Made by a program: the position numbers and the translations under genes. The notes below the pieces were generated by a model. It saw only the letters and a list, made by a program, of their open reading frames with translations. It ran no database searches and was not told the origin of the DNA. Source: Candidatus Eiseniibacteriota bacterium (GTDB lineage Bacteria > Eisenbacteria > RBG-16-71-46 > CAZEPH01). From it: 8,631 nucleotides of DNA. Below are positions 1 to 7,412 of this stretch, piece after piece; position 1 is the stretch's first letter, and every line of letters starts with the position of its first letter. The DNA lies in the NCBI GenBank assembly GCA_044229145.1, contig JBGATO010000123.1, positions 1-8,631 of the forward strand, in the 5' to 3' direction.

Positions 1-2669
1 TAGACGCCGTCGGCGTGGCACGCCAGACACGCCGCCGTGACGTGCGCGCCGGTCAGCGGGAACTGCGACGCGTCGTGATCGAAGGTCGAATTCGACCACG
101 TCGTCGTCGTGTGACAGGTCTCGCAGAGGGACGACGGGTAGCCGCCGCTGACGTGGTTCGGTGCCGAGGTGAAGTCGGCCATGTGACAGGCGTCGCACGC
201 CGTCGGCTTGCCGTTGTAGACCTTGTCAGCGTGACAGGCCTGGCAGTCGGCGCTGACGTGCGCGCCGGTGAGCACGAAGTCGGTGCGCGTGTGGTCGAAC
301 GGCGCGCCATCCCACGAGGATGTCGTGTGGCAGGAGGCGCACTCGGCCGGCGGCATCGCGGTGGCCGTGTGCGGCGGATCGGCTGCACCGTCGTAGTCGG
401 CCTGGTGGCACGACTGGCACGCGGTCGATTTCCCGTCGAACACGTTGTCGGCGTGGCACGCCATACAGTCGGCGGCGACGTGCGCGCCGGTGAGCGGGAA
501 TTGGGTCGTGTTGTGGTCGAACGTCGCGCCGGACCACGTCGTCGTCGTGTGACACGAGGCGCACGCGTTCGACCCGTAACCGGCGGCGCGGTGATCCGGC
601 GTCGCGCGGTCGTAGTCGTCCATGTGGCAGGCGTCGCAGGCGGTCGGTTTGCCTGCGTAGACGCCGTCGGCGTGGCACGCCAGACACGCCGCCGTGACGT
701 GGGCGCCGGTGAGCGCAAAGCCCGTCGACGCGTGATCGAACGGGGCGCGCGACCACGTCGTCGTGGTGTGGCAGGTGGCGCACTGCGCGGCGACGAAGCC
801 GGCCGCCGCGTGATCCGGCGTGGCACGCGAGTAGTCGTCCGCGTGGCAGGACTCGCACGCCGCCGGCTTGCCGGCGTAGACCTTGTCGGCGTGACACGCC
901 TGGCAGTCGGCGCTGACGTGCGCGCCGGTGAGCGCGAAGTCGGTGCGCGTGTGGTCGAACGGCGCGCCATCCCAGGACGAAGTCGTGTGGCACGCCGCGC
1001 ACTCGGCCGGCGGCATCGCGGTCGCCGTGTGCGGTGGATCGGTCGCGCCGTCGTAGTCGGCCTGGTGGCACGACTGGCACGCGGTGGATTTCCCGTCGAA
1101 GACGTTGTCCGCGTGACACGCGAGGCACGCGGCGTCGACGTGCCGCCCGGTGAGCGGGAACGAGGTCGTCGCGTGGTCGAAGTCGGCACCCAGCCACGTC
1201 GAGGTGGTGTGGCAGCCGGCGCACGCGTTGCTGGCGTAGCCCGCGGCGCGGTGATTCGGCGATGCGCGGTCGTAGTCGTCCATGTGGCAGGCGTCGCACG
1301 CGGACGACTTCCCCGCATAGACGCCATCGCCATGACACGCCGCGCACGCCACCGGCACATGCGCGCCGGTCAGCGGGAACGTGGTGCGCGCGTGATCGAA
1401 CGGCGCACCGGCCCAGCCCGCGGTCGTGTGGCACGCCGCGCACTCGGCAGGCGGCATCGCGGTCGCCGTGTGCGGCGGCGTCGCGCGTTGGTAATCCGCG
1501 GTGTGGCACGCCTGGCAGGCGCGATCGAGTCCGCGGTACACGCCGTCGCTGTGGCATGCGAGACACGCCGCGTCGGCATGCCGGCCGGTCAGCGGGAACG
1601 CGGTCCGCGTGTGGTCGAACGGCGCGCCCGCCCAGCCTGCGGTCGAGTGACAGGTGGCACACTTCTGCGGCGGCATGCCATCGGCCGTGTGCGGCGGCAC
1701 CGCGCGCGTGTAATCCGCGGCATGGCAGGCGTCGCAGGCCGTCGGCGTGCCAGCGTAGACGCCCGACGCGTGACATGCTTGGCACGCGGCCGCCGTGTGG
1801 CGACCGGTCAGCGGATACGCGGTCCGCGCGTGATCGAACGTCGCCCCGCTCCACTGCACCGTGGTGTGACAGGCGCCGCACTCCGCCGCCGGAAACGCCG
1901 TCGCGTCGTGCGGCGGGCGCGCGGCGGCCGTGTAGTCACTGTGGTGACAGGCGTCGCACGCCGTCGGCGTACCGGCGAATTGCCCGCCGGTGTGGCAAGC
2001 GCCGCACGCGGTTTCCGCGTGTGCCCCGGCGAGCGCGAAGCCGGTGCTCGCATGATCGAACGCCGCGTGCTCCCACGTCATCGTCGTATGACAGGTTTCG
2101 CACTGACGCGGATAGCCGCGCGTCACGTGATCGCGCGCGGTGGCGAACTGCTCGGCGTGACACGCATTGCACGCGGTCGCGGTGCCGACGAACTGCAGTT
2201 GCCCTTGCGCCGCCGGCGTGTGGCACATCTCGCAGTCCACCGCGCCGTGGCTGCCGGTGAGCGGGAATCGCGTCGCGGCGTGGGCACGCAACACTTGGCC
2301 CCGGTCGATGAAGCTCGTGGTGCCGTGGCATTGACCGCAGGCAGTGCCCATCTCGCCGCGATGGGGATCGTCATGACACGCCGCGCACGACGCCGGGGTC
2401 TGCGCGAAGGTGAGCGTGCGGTGACACGCCGTGCAGGCGGCCGACGCATGCGCGCCCTCGAGCGCGAATTTCGAGGACGCCGCGTGGTCGAAGCGCGTGC
2501 TGATGCGTGCCGGCTTCCAGCTGTCGGCGCGGTGGCACACTTCGCACTCGTCGCGCAGCGGACCGTGCGGATTGCCGGTGGCCGGCGCGTCGCCCGCGCG
2601 GGCCGCCGCCGCAACCAGCGCACACAACACGATCAGGCACGCGGCCACGCCGCGCAGGCGGTTACGCAT
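1..2669 (-). CDS. Giant repetitive multiheme cytochrome c (>=35 CxxCH), Sec-exported; truncated by the window edge
   Basis: Not in the ORF track, so translated by hand from ATG 2669: MRNRLRGVAACLIVLCALVAAAARA|GDAPATGNPHGPLRDECEVCHRADSWKPARISTRFDHAASSKFALEGAHASAACTACH... The frame stays open for 889 codons to position 3 (...FPLTGAHVTAACLACHADGV). I counted 35 CxxCH motifs. It has a Sec-type signal peptide (basic N-region, hydrophobic core, ARA cleavage site) and a GGAG RBS at 2678-2675. The last two bases read TA, and the paralogous repeat at 657-659 predicts TAC (Tyr) rather than a stop. Confidence 0.96.
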   Translation of the reverse strand, partial: MRNRLRGVAACLIVLCALVAAAARAGDAPATGNPHGPLRDECEVCHRADSWKPARISTRFDHAASSKFALEGAHASAACTACHRTLTFAQTPASCAACHDDPHRGEMGTACGQCHGTTSFIDRGQVLRAHAATRFPLTGSHGAVDCEMCHTPAAQGQLQFVGTATACNACHAEQFATARDHVTRGYPRQCETCHTTMTWEHAAFDHASTGFALAGAHAETACGACHTGGQFAGTPTACDACHHSDYTAAARPPHDATAFPAAECGACHTTVQWSGATFDHARTAYPLTGRHTAAACQACHASGVYAGTPTACDACHAADYTRAVPPHTADGMPPQKCATCHSTAGWAGAPFDHTRTAFPLTGRHADAACLACHSDGVYRGLDRACQACHTADYQRATPPHTATAMPPAECAACHTTAGWAGAPFDHARTTFPLTGAHVPVACAACHGDGVYAGKSSACDACHMDDYDRASPNHRAAGYASNACAGCHTTSTWLGADFDHATTSFPLTGRHVDAACLACHADNVFDGKSTACQSCHQADYDGATDPPHTATAMPPAECAACHTTSSWDGAPFDHTRTDFALTGAHVSADCQACHADKVYAGKPAACESCHADDYSRATPDHAAAGFVAAQCATCHTTTTWSRAPFDHASTGFALTGAHVTAACLACHADGVYAGKPTACDACHMDDYDRATPDHRAAGYGSNACASCHTTTTWSGATFDHNTTQFPLTGAHVAADCMACHADNVFDGKSTACQSCHQADYDGAADPPHTATAMPPAECASCHTTSSWDGAPFDHTRTDFVLTGAHVSADCQACHADKVYNGKPTACDACHMADFTSAPNHVSGGYPSSLCETCHTTTTWSNSTFDHDASQFPLTGAHVTAACLACHADGV
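75..2492 (-). repeat. Intragenic tandem repeat of 216-222 bp encoding a 72-74 aa tri-heme module (about 11 full copies visible)
   Basis: FDH codons have their lowest + coordinate at 75, 291, 513, 732, 951, 1173, 1392, 1611, 1830 and 2052 (spacings 216-222 bp), then an RAH variant near 2280 and FDH at 2484. Consensus: FDHxxTxFPLTGAHVxAxCxACHADxVYxGKPTACxxCHxxDYxxAxPxHxAxxxxxxxCAxCHTTxxWxGAP. Confidence 0.95.
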
Positions 2670-4416
2670 GGCAGCTCCGGCAGCTGGCCTGCACCGGCGT
2701 GTAGCGGACATACAGCCGTCCGTCGGCGTCGCGCACTTGTCCGTGACACCGCGCGCACGGCACCTGCTGGTGGCCGCCCTCGAGCGTGAACGACGTGTCG
2801 CGCGTGTGGTCGAACTTGGAGGCTGGCACGAACGAGGCGGTGTCGTGACACCGCTCGCACGCGCTGCCACCACGCCGCGCCGCGAACTGGCCCCGGTGGA
2901 CATCGGCGTGGCAGTCGGCGCAACCGTGCTTGGGCACTGCCAGGCCCATCACCGGCAGCGTGGCGCCGGCAAGCGTCTTGGGCGATGGCTTCGCCTTCAA
3001 CTCCTGATGGCACTCCTGACACGGCACCGCGCGATGCGCGCCCTCGAGCGGGAAGCCGCTGTCGGCATGCGCCTTCTCGTCGTAGGTCGAGGGCCGGAAC
3101 GTGTCGAAGCCGTGGCACGCCAGGCAGTCGTTCGCCCGCGCGCGCGCGCCGCCGGGGCGGAAACGGCCGGCGTGCGGATCGGCGTGGCACGCCACGCATG
3201 CCGCGTGTGCCGGACGCAAGTCGACGTGCGCGCTGCCGAGCGCCGCGTCGCGCTGGCGATGCGTGTGGCAGGCCGCGCATGCGGCAGCCGCGTGGCGCCC
3301 GCGCAACGGATACGCTGACGTCTGGTGCTGCGCCACCGTGTACGTCGAGGGCGCAAACGCGCGCACGTCGTGGCACGCCGCGCAGTCCACCGCCTTGCCC
3401 GCCAGCGTCGCCGTGCCATTGTGCGCGTCGCCATGACAGTCGGTGCAGCGGGCGAACGCCGGCTTCTGCGCGTTCGGCTTGCGCGGATCGTGGCACTTGT
3501 CGCAGGCGACCGCCGCGTGCGCGCCGCGCAACGGATACCGCGTCTTGTCGTGGTCGAAGGCACCCCGCGCGATCCGGCTGAACGAATCGGTGGTGTGACA
3601 CGACGCGCACGAACCGCCGAAGCGTCCGGCGTGCGGGTCCTTGTGGCAGGCATCGCAGTCGCCGTGCGGCAAGGGCGTCCAGCGCGGAATCGGCTGCCCC
3701 TTCGCATCGCGTCCGCGCGCCACCGCCGGCGTCGCGTGACAGGCCGCGCACGCGGTCTTCACGTGCGCGCCGGTCAATGGATAGTCGGTGCGCGCGTGAT
3801 CGAATCCGGCCGCGGGCTTCCACCGCGCTTGATCGTGGCACTTCAGACAGTCGTTGCCGAGTTGCGCCTTGTGCGGGTCTTCATGGCACGCGGTGCAGGA
3901 CGATTCGAGCCCGATCCATCCCGTCTTGGTCCGCTTCACTTTGCTCGCCGCGAGCGCGGGCGACTTCTGCAGCGGCCGTGTGTGACACTTCGTGCAGGCG
4001 AGCGACGCGTGCTTGCCTTCGAGCGCCCATCCGGCGCGACGGTGATCGAATTTCTCGGGCGCGCCACCGTCCCAGACGATCATCGCGAAGTCGCGCCCGC
4101 CGTGATCCTTGTGGCAGGCGGTGCAACTCTTGGACGCAACCGCGGGCGCGCCATGCAATCCCCGGCGATGTGTTCTCATCCACTGCACCTCGCCGTGACA
4201 CGCGAGGCATTGCGGATCGAGCCCCGCCGACCCCTTGGTCTTGGCGTGGCACTGGAAGCACTGGAGCGGACCTTCGAGCGAGCGGTGCGGCGCGGCCAAC
4301 GGGCCGGGCGACACCTGGGCCGCCGCGCGCGGACCGCCCGCGCACAGCGCGAGCACGGCGACGGCAACTGCCGTCCCCCAACGAACACCGGCGCACACGT
4401 CACGCAGGCCGCGCAC
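2662..4416 (-). CDS. Multiheme cytochrome c with 20 CxxCH motifs, Sec-exported
   Basis: The track ORF 2662..4590 has 20 CxxCH motifs (CFQCH to the terminal CRSCH) and the same FDH..[FY]PLxG[AR]H module. I moved the start to the in-frame GTG at 4416 (alternative GTG 4398) because a purine-rich GGAAAGGG/GAGG precedes it and a signal peptide follows (..WGTAVAVAVLALCAGGPRAAA|QVSPGPL). The exact start is uncertain. Confidence 0.95.
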   Translation of the reverse strand: MRGLRDVCAGVRWGTAVAVAVLALCAGGPRAAAQVSPGPLAAPHRSLEGPLQCFQCHAKTKGSAGLDPQCLACHGEVQWMRTHRRGLHGAPAVASKSCTACHKDHGGRDFAMIVWDGGAPEKFDHRRAGWALEGKHASLACTKCHTRPLQKSPALAASKVKRTKTGWIGLESSCTACHEDPHKAQLGNDCLKCHDQARWKPAAGFDHARTDYPLTGAHVKTACAACHATPAVARGRDAKGQPIPRWTPLPHGDCDACHKDPHAGRFGGSCASCHTTDSFSRIARGAFDHDKTRYPLRGAHAAVACDKCHDPRKPNAQKPAFARCTDCHGDAHNGTATLAGKAVDCAACHDVRAFAPSTYTVAQHQTSAYPLRGRHAAAACAACHTHRQRDAALGSAHVDLRPAHAACVACHADPHAGRFRPGGARARANDCLACHGFDTFRPSTYDEKAHADSGFPLEGAHRAVPCQECHQELKAKPSPKTLAGATLPVMGLAVPKHGCADCHADVHRGQFAARRGGSACERCHDTASFVPASKFDHTRDTSFTLEGGHQQVPCARCHGQVRDADGRLYVRYTPVQASCRSCHA

Positions 4417-4812
4417 GCGCCTCGGCCCTTTCCATGGGCGACGACACACCAGTGAGAGGACGACGCGCGCATTCCGCCGCGCGTCGTGAAGTAGTGCAAT
4501 GCATGTTGCAGGTCCCCAAGCATGCAGGAATCGGAGCGCGCCGGCGCCGACCGCGCGCGGTTGGGGATCCGCGCCGTGGCTCGCCTTCACCGCCTGCGTC
4601 GGGAGTCAACAGGCGGTCACGCGCACAGCCGAACGGTTATCGGCACACGGCCGACGGAGAGGGAGAGTCTTCGCGCGCGGGCCTCGCATGCCTGGCGGGA
4701 CGGGCACCGCGCGATGCCAGCCGTGCACAGAAGATGCCGCCGACTCTGCGGGAAATACCGGCGCACTGAGAAAGGGCCATTGGAGGTATCCCAGGCGCGC
4801 GCGAATTCCCAC

Positions 4813-4842
4813 TTGCACTGCCCATGCGAGCAGTTCTACAGT
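4813..4842 (+). promoter_or_regulatory. Putative sigma70-type promoter for the 4881 gene
   Basis: TTGCAC (4813-4818), 18 nt spacer, TACAGT (4837-4842), in a locally lower-GC patch; GGAG RBS at 4871-4874 upstream of ATG 4881. Confidence 0.45.
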
Positions 4843-4880
4843 TGACGCATCCTCCCACCCTTTCACGATCGGAGACCTCG

Positions 4881-5645
4881 ATGCCCGCCTTGCAGCACGC
4901 TGACTTCTGCGATCGGCTCGCCCCGCTCGTCCACCGCATGGCCGATGTCCTCGAGGGCGCCGACCTCTCCGCCCCGGTCCCCACCTGCGGCGACGACTGG
5001 ACGCTGTACAGCCTCGCGGAACACCTCGGCTTGATCCACCGCTGGGCGGAACGCCTGGTGCGCGATCTCTCGCCCGAACGCATCGACCGCGCCGCGCTGG
5101 GCGTGACCGTCCCGGACGCCGCCGGCATGGCGGCGTGGATGCGCGCCGGCGCCGCTCCACTGGTCGCCGCATTCCGGGCGACGAATCCGGACGCGCCGAT
5201 GTGGGCGTGGGGCGCCGACCAGCACGCGCGCTTCTGGTCGCGCCGCCAGGTCCACGAAACCGCGGTGCATCTGCACGACGCGGAACTCGCCGCGGGCGTC
5301 GCGGTGTCGCCCATCGAGCCCGCAGTCGCGGACGATGGTGTGGACGAATTCCTCGTCAACATGCCGTGTGCGGCGCGCTGGGCGCCGCGCATCGCCGAAT
5401 TGCGCGGCCACGGCGAGGAGATCGCCTTGCACGCCACCGACACAGGCAGCGAGTGGACGCTGACGCTGACGTCGGAGGGTCTCACGTGGTCGCGCGCAGT
5501 ATCGGCCGCTCCCGTGGTTCGCGCGGCCGCCACGGCCGAAACGCTGTACCTGCTGCTCTGGCAGCGCCGCGGCCTCGAGCACTGCGCGGTCGAGGGCTCG
5601 CCTGGCGCACTCGCCACCGTGCTTGCGGCGGTCGAGGACTTCTAA
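4881..5645 (+). CDS. Maleylpyruvate isomerase family (MDMPI-like, DinB superfamily) metal-dependent enzyme
   Basis: 254 aa from ATG 4881 with a GGAG RBS. The motifs APVPTCGDDWTLYSLAEHLGLIHRWA and FWSRRQVHETAVHLHDA match the MDMPI N-terminal pattern (His...Glu-x3-His metal triad). The C-terminal part (ADDGVDEFL...LHATDTGSEW...LYLLLWQR) resembles the MDMPI C-terminal domain. Confidence 0.88.
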   Translation: MPALQHADFCDRLAPLVHRMADVLEGADLSAPVPTCGDDWTLYSLAEHLGLIHRWAERLVRDLSPERIDRAALGVTVPDAAGMAAWMRAGAAPLVAAFRATNPDAPMWAWGADQHARFWSRRQVHETAVHLHDAELAAGVAVSPIEPAVADDGVDEFLVNMPCAARWAPRIAELRGHGEEIALHATDTGSEWTLTLTSEGLTWSRAVSAAPVVRAAATAETLYLLLWQRRGLEHCAVEGSPGALATVLAAVEDF

Positions 5646-5673
5646 CCGCGTCGCCCAGCATCACGACACGCGC

Positions 5674-5707
5674 GACGGCGGAGGCGCCTCGAGGCCCCTC
5701 CGCCGTC
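5674..5707. terminator. GC-rich hairpin between convergent genes, probable bidirectional terminator or 3' stabiliser
   Basis: GACGGCGGAGG (5674-5684) pairs perfectly with CCTCCGCCGTC (5697-5707) around the palindromic core GCCTCGAGGC. It lies between the stops at 5645 and 5726. There is no strong U-tract. Confidence 0.65.
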
Positions 5708-5725
5708 CGCGCTTCCGCGAGCTGT

Positions 5726-6262
5726 TCAGCGAATCTGCCGGTCCGTCGGCATCGGCACCGAGACCCGCTCCCACTCGCGTTCCAGTCCCGACCGCTCACC
5801 CTTCTCGACGAAGGCGCGCAGGTGGCGGTTGAACAGTTCGGTCCAGCCGCGGGTGTAGACCGCTTCGAGGCGCGGCGTGAACAACCCCATCGCGTGGTGC
5901 GCCAGATGCAGCTGCGTTCCCTTCGGCGTGTCGGTCAATTCGAGGTGTACGCGCCCTTCCACCGGGCCGCGAATCCCCATTGCCCCGCGGAGGTCCACCG
6001 ACACGTTCCGCTCGAAGCCGGTGATGGTCGCCCACATCGCCCCTTCGCCCTCGCCCCAGTCTTCGTAGAGCCGGCCGCCGAGGCGGGTTTCGAGCACCAC
6101 GGTGCGCGCCCGCGATGGATTGCGCAGGTACGGCGCGCCCCACCACGCACCGATCGAGCCCGTCAGCGCGCGAAACACCTGCGCCCGCGGCGCGTCGATG
6201 AAAAAGTCCAATTCGATGCAGAGCGACTGCATCTCGCGAATGTTGCCCATCTCGAACGTCAT
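5726..6262 (-). CDS. SRPBCC/START-fold (AHSA1-like) domain protein
   Basis: 178 aa from ATG 6262 with an AAGGAG RBS (6274-6269). The pattern IDAPRAQVFRALT...GAWW...LETRLGGRLYE...GTQLHLAH...YTRGWTELF..HLRAFVE is typical of the AHSA1/SRPBCC family. Confidence 0.85.
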   Translation of the reverse strand: MTFEMGNIREMQSLCIELDFFIDAPRAQVFRALTGSIGAWWGAPYLRNPSRARTVVLETRLGGRLYEDWGEGEGAMWATITGFERNVSVDLRGAMGIRGPVEGRVHLELTDTPKGTQLHLAHHAMGLFTPRLEAVYTRGWTELFNRHLRAFVEKGERSGLEREWERVSVPMPTDRQIR

Positions 6263-6637
6263 GATCGTCTCCTTGTCGCGGGCGATGCGACGACTCACCC
6301 GCGTGCTGGCCAGCATCAGCGCGATCATCCCGCCGCGGCAGGCCCGCCGCTATGCGACGTGAGGGAAGCGTGGTCGTGCAACTTCCGAGGGACGCGGACC
6401 GGTCCGCTCGCAGCACTGCGACCGAGGGTGCGGCGGTCCTTCGCCTTCCAACCCGTGGACAACCCGCGCCCGTCGTCCCACGGTGGCGGGGTCTCCGTGT
6501 GCCGGCACGTCCTCCACGGCCAGGCACCAGACGGCGGACGGCGGCCACGCGAGCGTGCGGCTCGTGCCGCTCGGCGCGCTCCGCGACGTCGTACGTGTTG
6601 CGCCGTGGCACTCGAGCGGCACGAAGCGAGTCGAGCC

Positions 6638-7372
6638 ATGCGCTTGTCCGTTCTCGCATGCGCCCTTGGCGCATGCATCGCGGTTGGCCTCGCCGTCCCC
6701 GCCTTCGCGGCGATCACCCCTCCGAACGTTCGCCCTCAGCCTGTCGAGGGCACACTGCTCCAGGATCACTTCAGCCGCCTCGGCGAGGCGATCGACGTCG
6801 TCGCCGATCAGTGCAATGCGTGCTCATGGACGTTTGCTTCGGGCGCGTCCACCACACTGACCCTCACGCTCGTCTTGGGAGGCACGCCGGCCGCGCAATC
6901 GATCGGCCTCTACGACGTCGCCCGCCCGGAAAGCGAACGTGAAATCTTCCCCGCGATCGCCGGCAACGGATGGACGGCGCGCATCGCGATCGACCACTGG
7001 GATCCCGGTCTGTTGCGGATCGAGGTCTTCGACGTGCACGGGGACAGGTATTCCGTGCGCTACGCGGACACCGAGGATCTCGAGACCTTTGGCTTCTACG
7101 TCCATCCGACCCCGACCGCCGGCTCCGCCAAGTGCTTCCACACCGAGGACCACGAGAACGGCTGCCTGCCCGGCGGGACGCTGGTGCCGCAGGCACTCGT
7201 CTACCCGGCGGCGGTCCATGGGGACGACGCCTGGTGGGTGGCGTTCCAGGAAACCTCCACCACCGCAAAGCCGCACAGCTTTGCCGACATCCTCGTGTTG
7301 GTGCAGCGCGACACCGTGACGCCGGTGCCGCGGACAACCTGGGGGGCGATCAAGTCCATCTTTGCCCACTGA
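6638..7372 (+). CDS. Secreted protein of unknown function (DUF4114-like C-terminal half) with a TWGxxK C-terminal tail
   Basis: This is the 3' part of track ORF 5135..7372. From ATG 6638 (244 aa) there is a clear signal peptide MRLSVLACALGACIAVGLAVPAFA|A and normal amino-acid composition, and it ends VTPVPRTTWGAIKSIFAH*. The DUF4114 resemblance is by eye only. Confidence 0.8.
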   Translation: MRLSVLACALGACIAVGLAVPAFAAITPPNVRPQPVEGTLLQDHFSRLGEAIDVVADQCNACSWTFASGASTTLTLTLVLGGTPAAQSIGLYDVARPESEREIFPAIAGNGWTARIAIDHWDPGLLRIEVFDVHGDRYSVRYADTEDLETFGFYVHPTPTAGSAKCFHTEDHENGCLPGGTLVPQALVYPAAVHGDDAWWVAFQETSTTAKPHSFADILVLVQRDTVTPVPRTTWGAIKSIFAH

Positions 7373-7412
7373 CCCGCAGTTCGCACGCCGGGCGCCCCTG
7401 AGGCACCCCGTC

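Noticed and set aside
340..1690. Met in the MPP motif as a His/Met heme ligand
   Set aside because: Equivalent positions in other modules are Phe or Tyr, and three spare His already account for three hemes per module.
53..1881. Minus-strand ORFs 53..1360 and 226..1881
   Set aside because: Off-frame readings of the giant cytochrome with Arg/Pro-rich low-complexity translations. The real frame is continuous, so no frameshift is needed.
75..2492. Periodic repeats as a CRISPR array or non-coding repeat
   Set aside because: The period is a multiple of three, the copies are degenerate with synonymous variation, and there is no repeat-spacer structure. They are coding repeats.
15..2789. 924 aa plus-strand ORF (also 2431..3318 and 3325..4455)
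   Set aside because: In-register antisense shadows of the cytochrome genes. They are Arg/Val/Gly-rich with no motifs, and long stop-free antisense frames are expected at this GC content.
4496..4512. Sigma54 promoter (minus strand CTGCAACATGCATTGCA)
   Set aside because: The spacing resembles -24/-12 but the near-invariant GG at -24 is absent. A second candidate at 6606-6621 has GG-N10-GC but lacks TTGC and sits too close to the ATG.
4417..4590. N-terminal extension of the 20-heme ORF to 4590
   Set aside because: It would bury the signal peptide about 60 residues in and overlaps the likely regulatory region. GTG 4416 or 4398 fits better.
5135..6637. 745 aa ORF 5135..7372 as one protein
   Set aside because: The first ~500 codons overlap two well-supported genes and are Arg-rich noise. 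The coding signal begins at the signal peptide at 6638.
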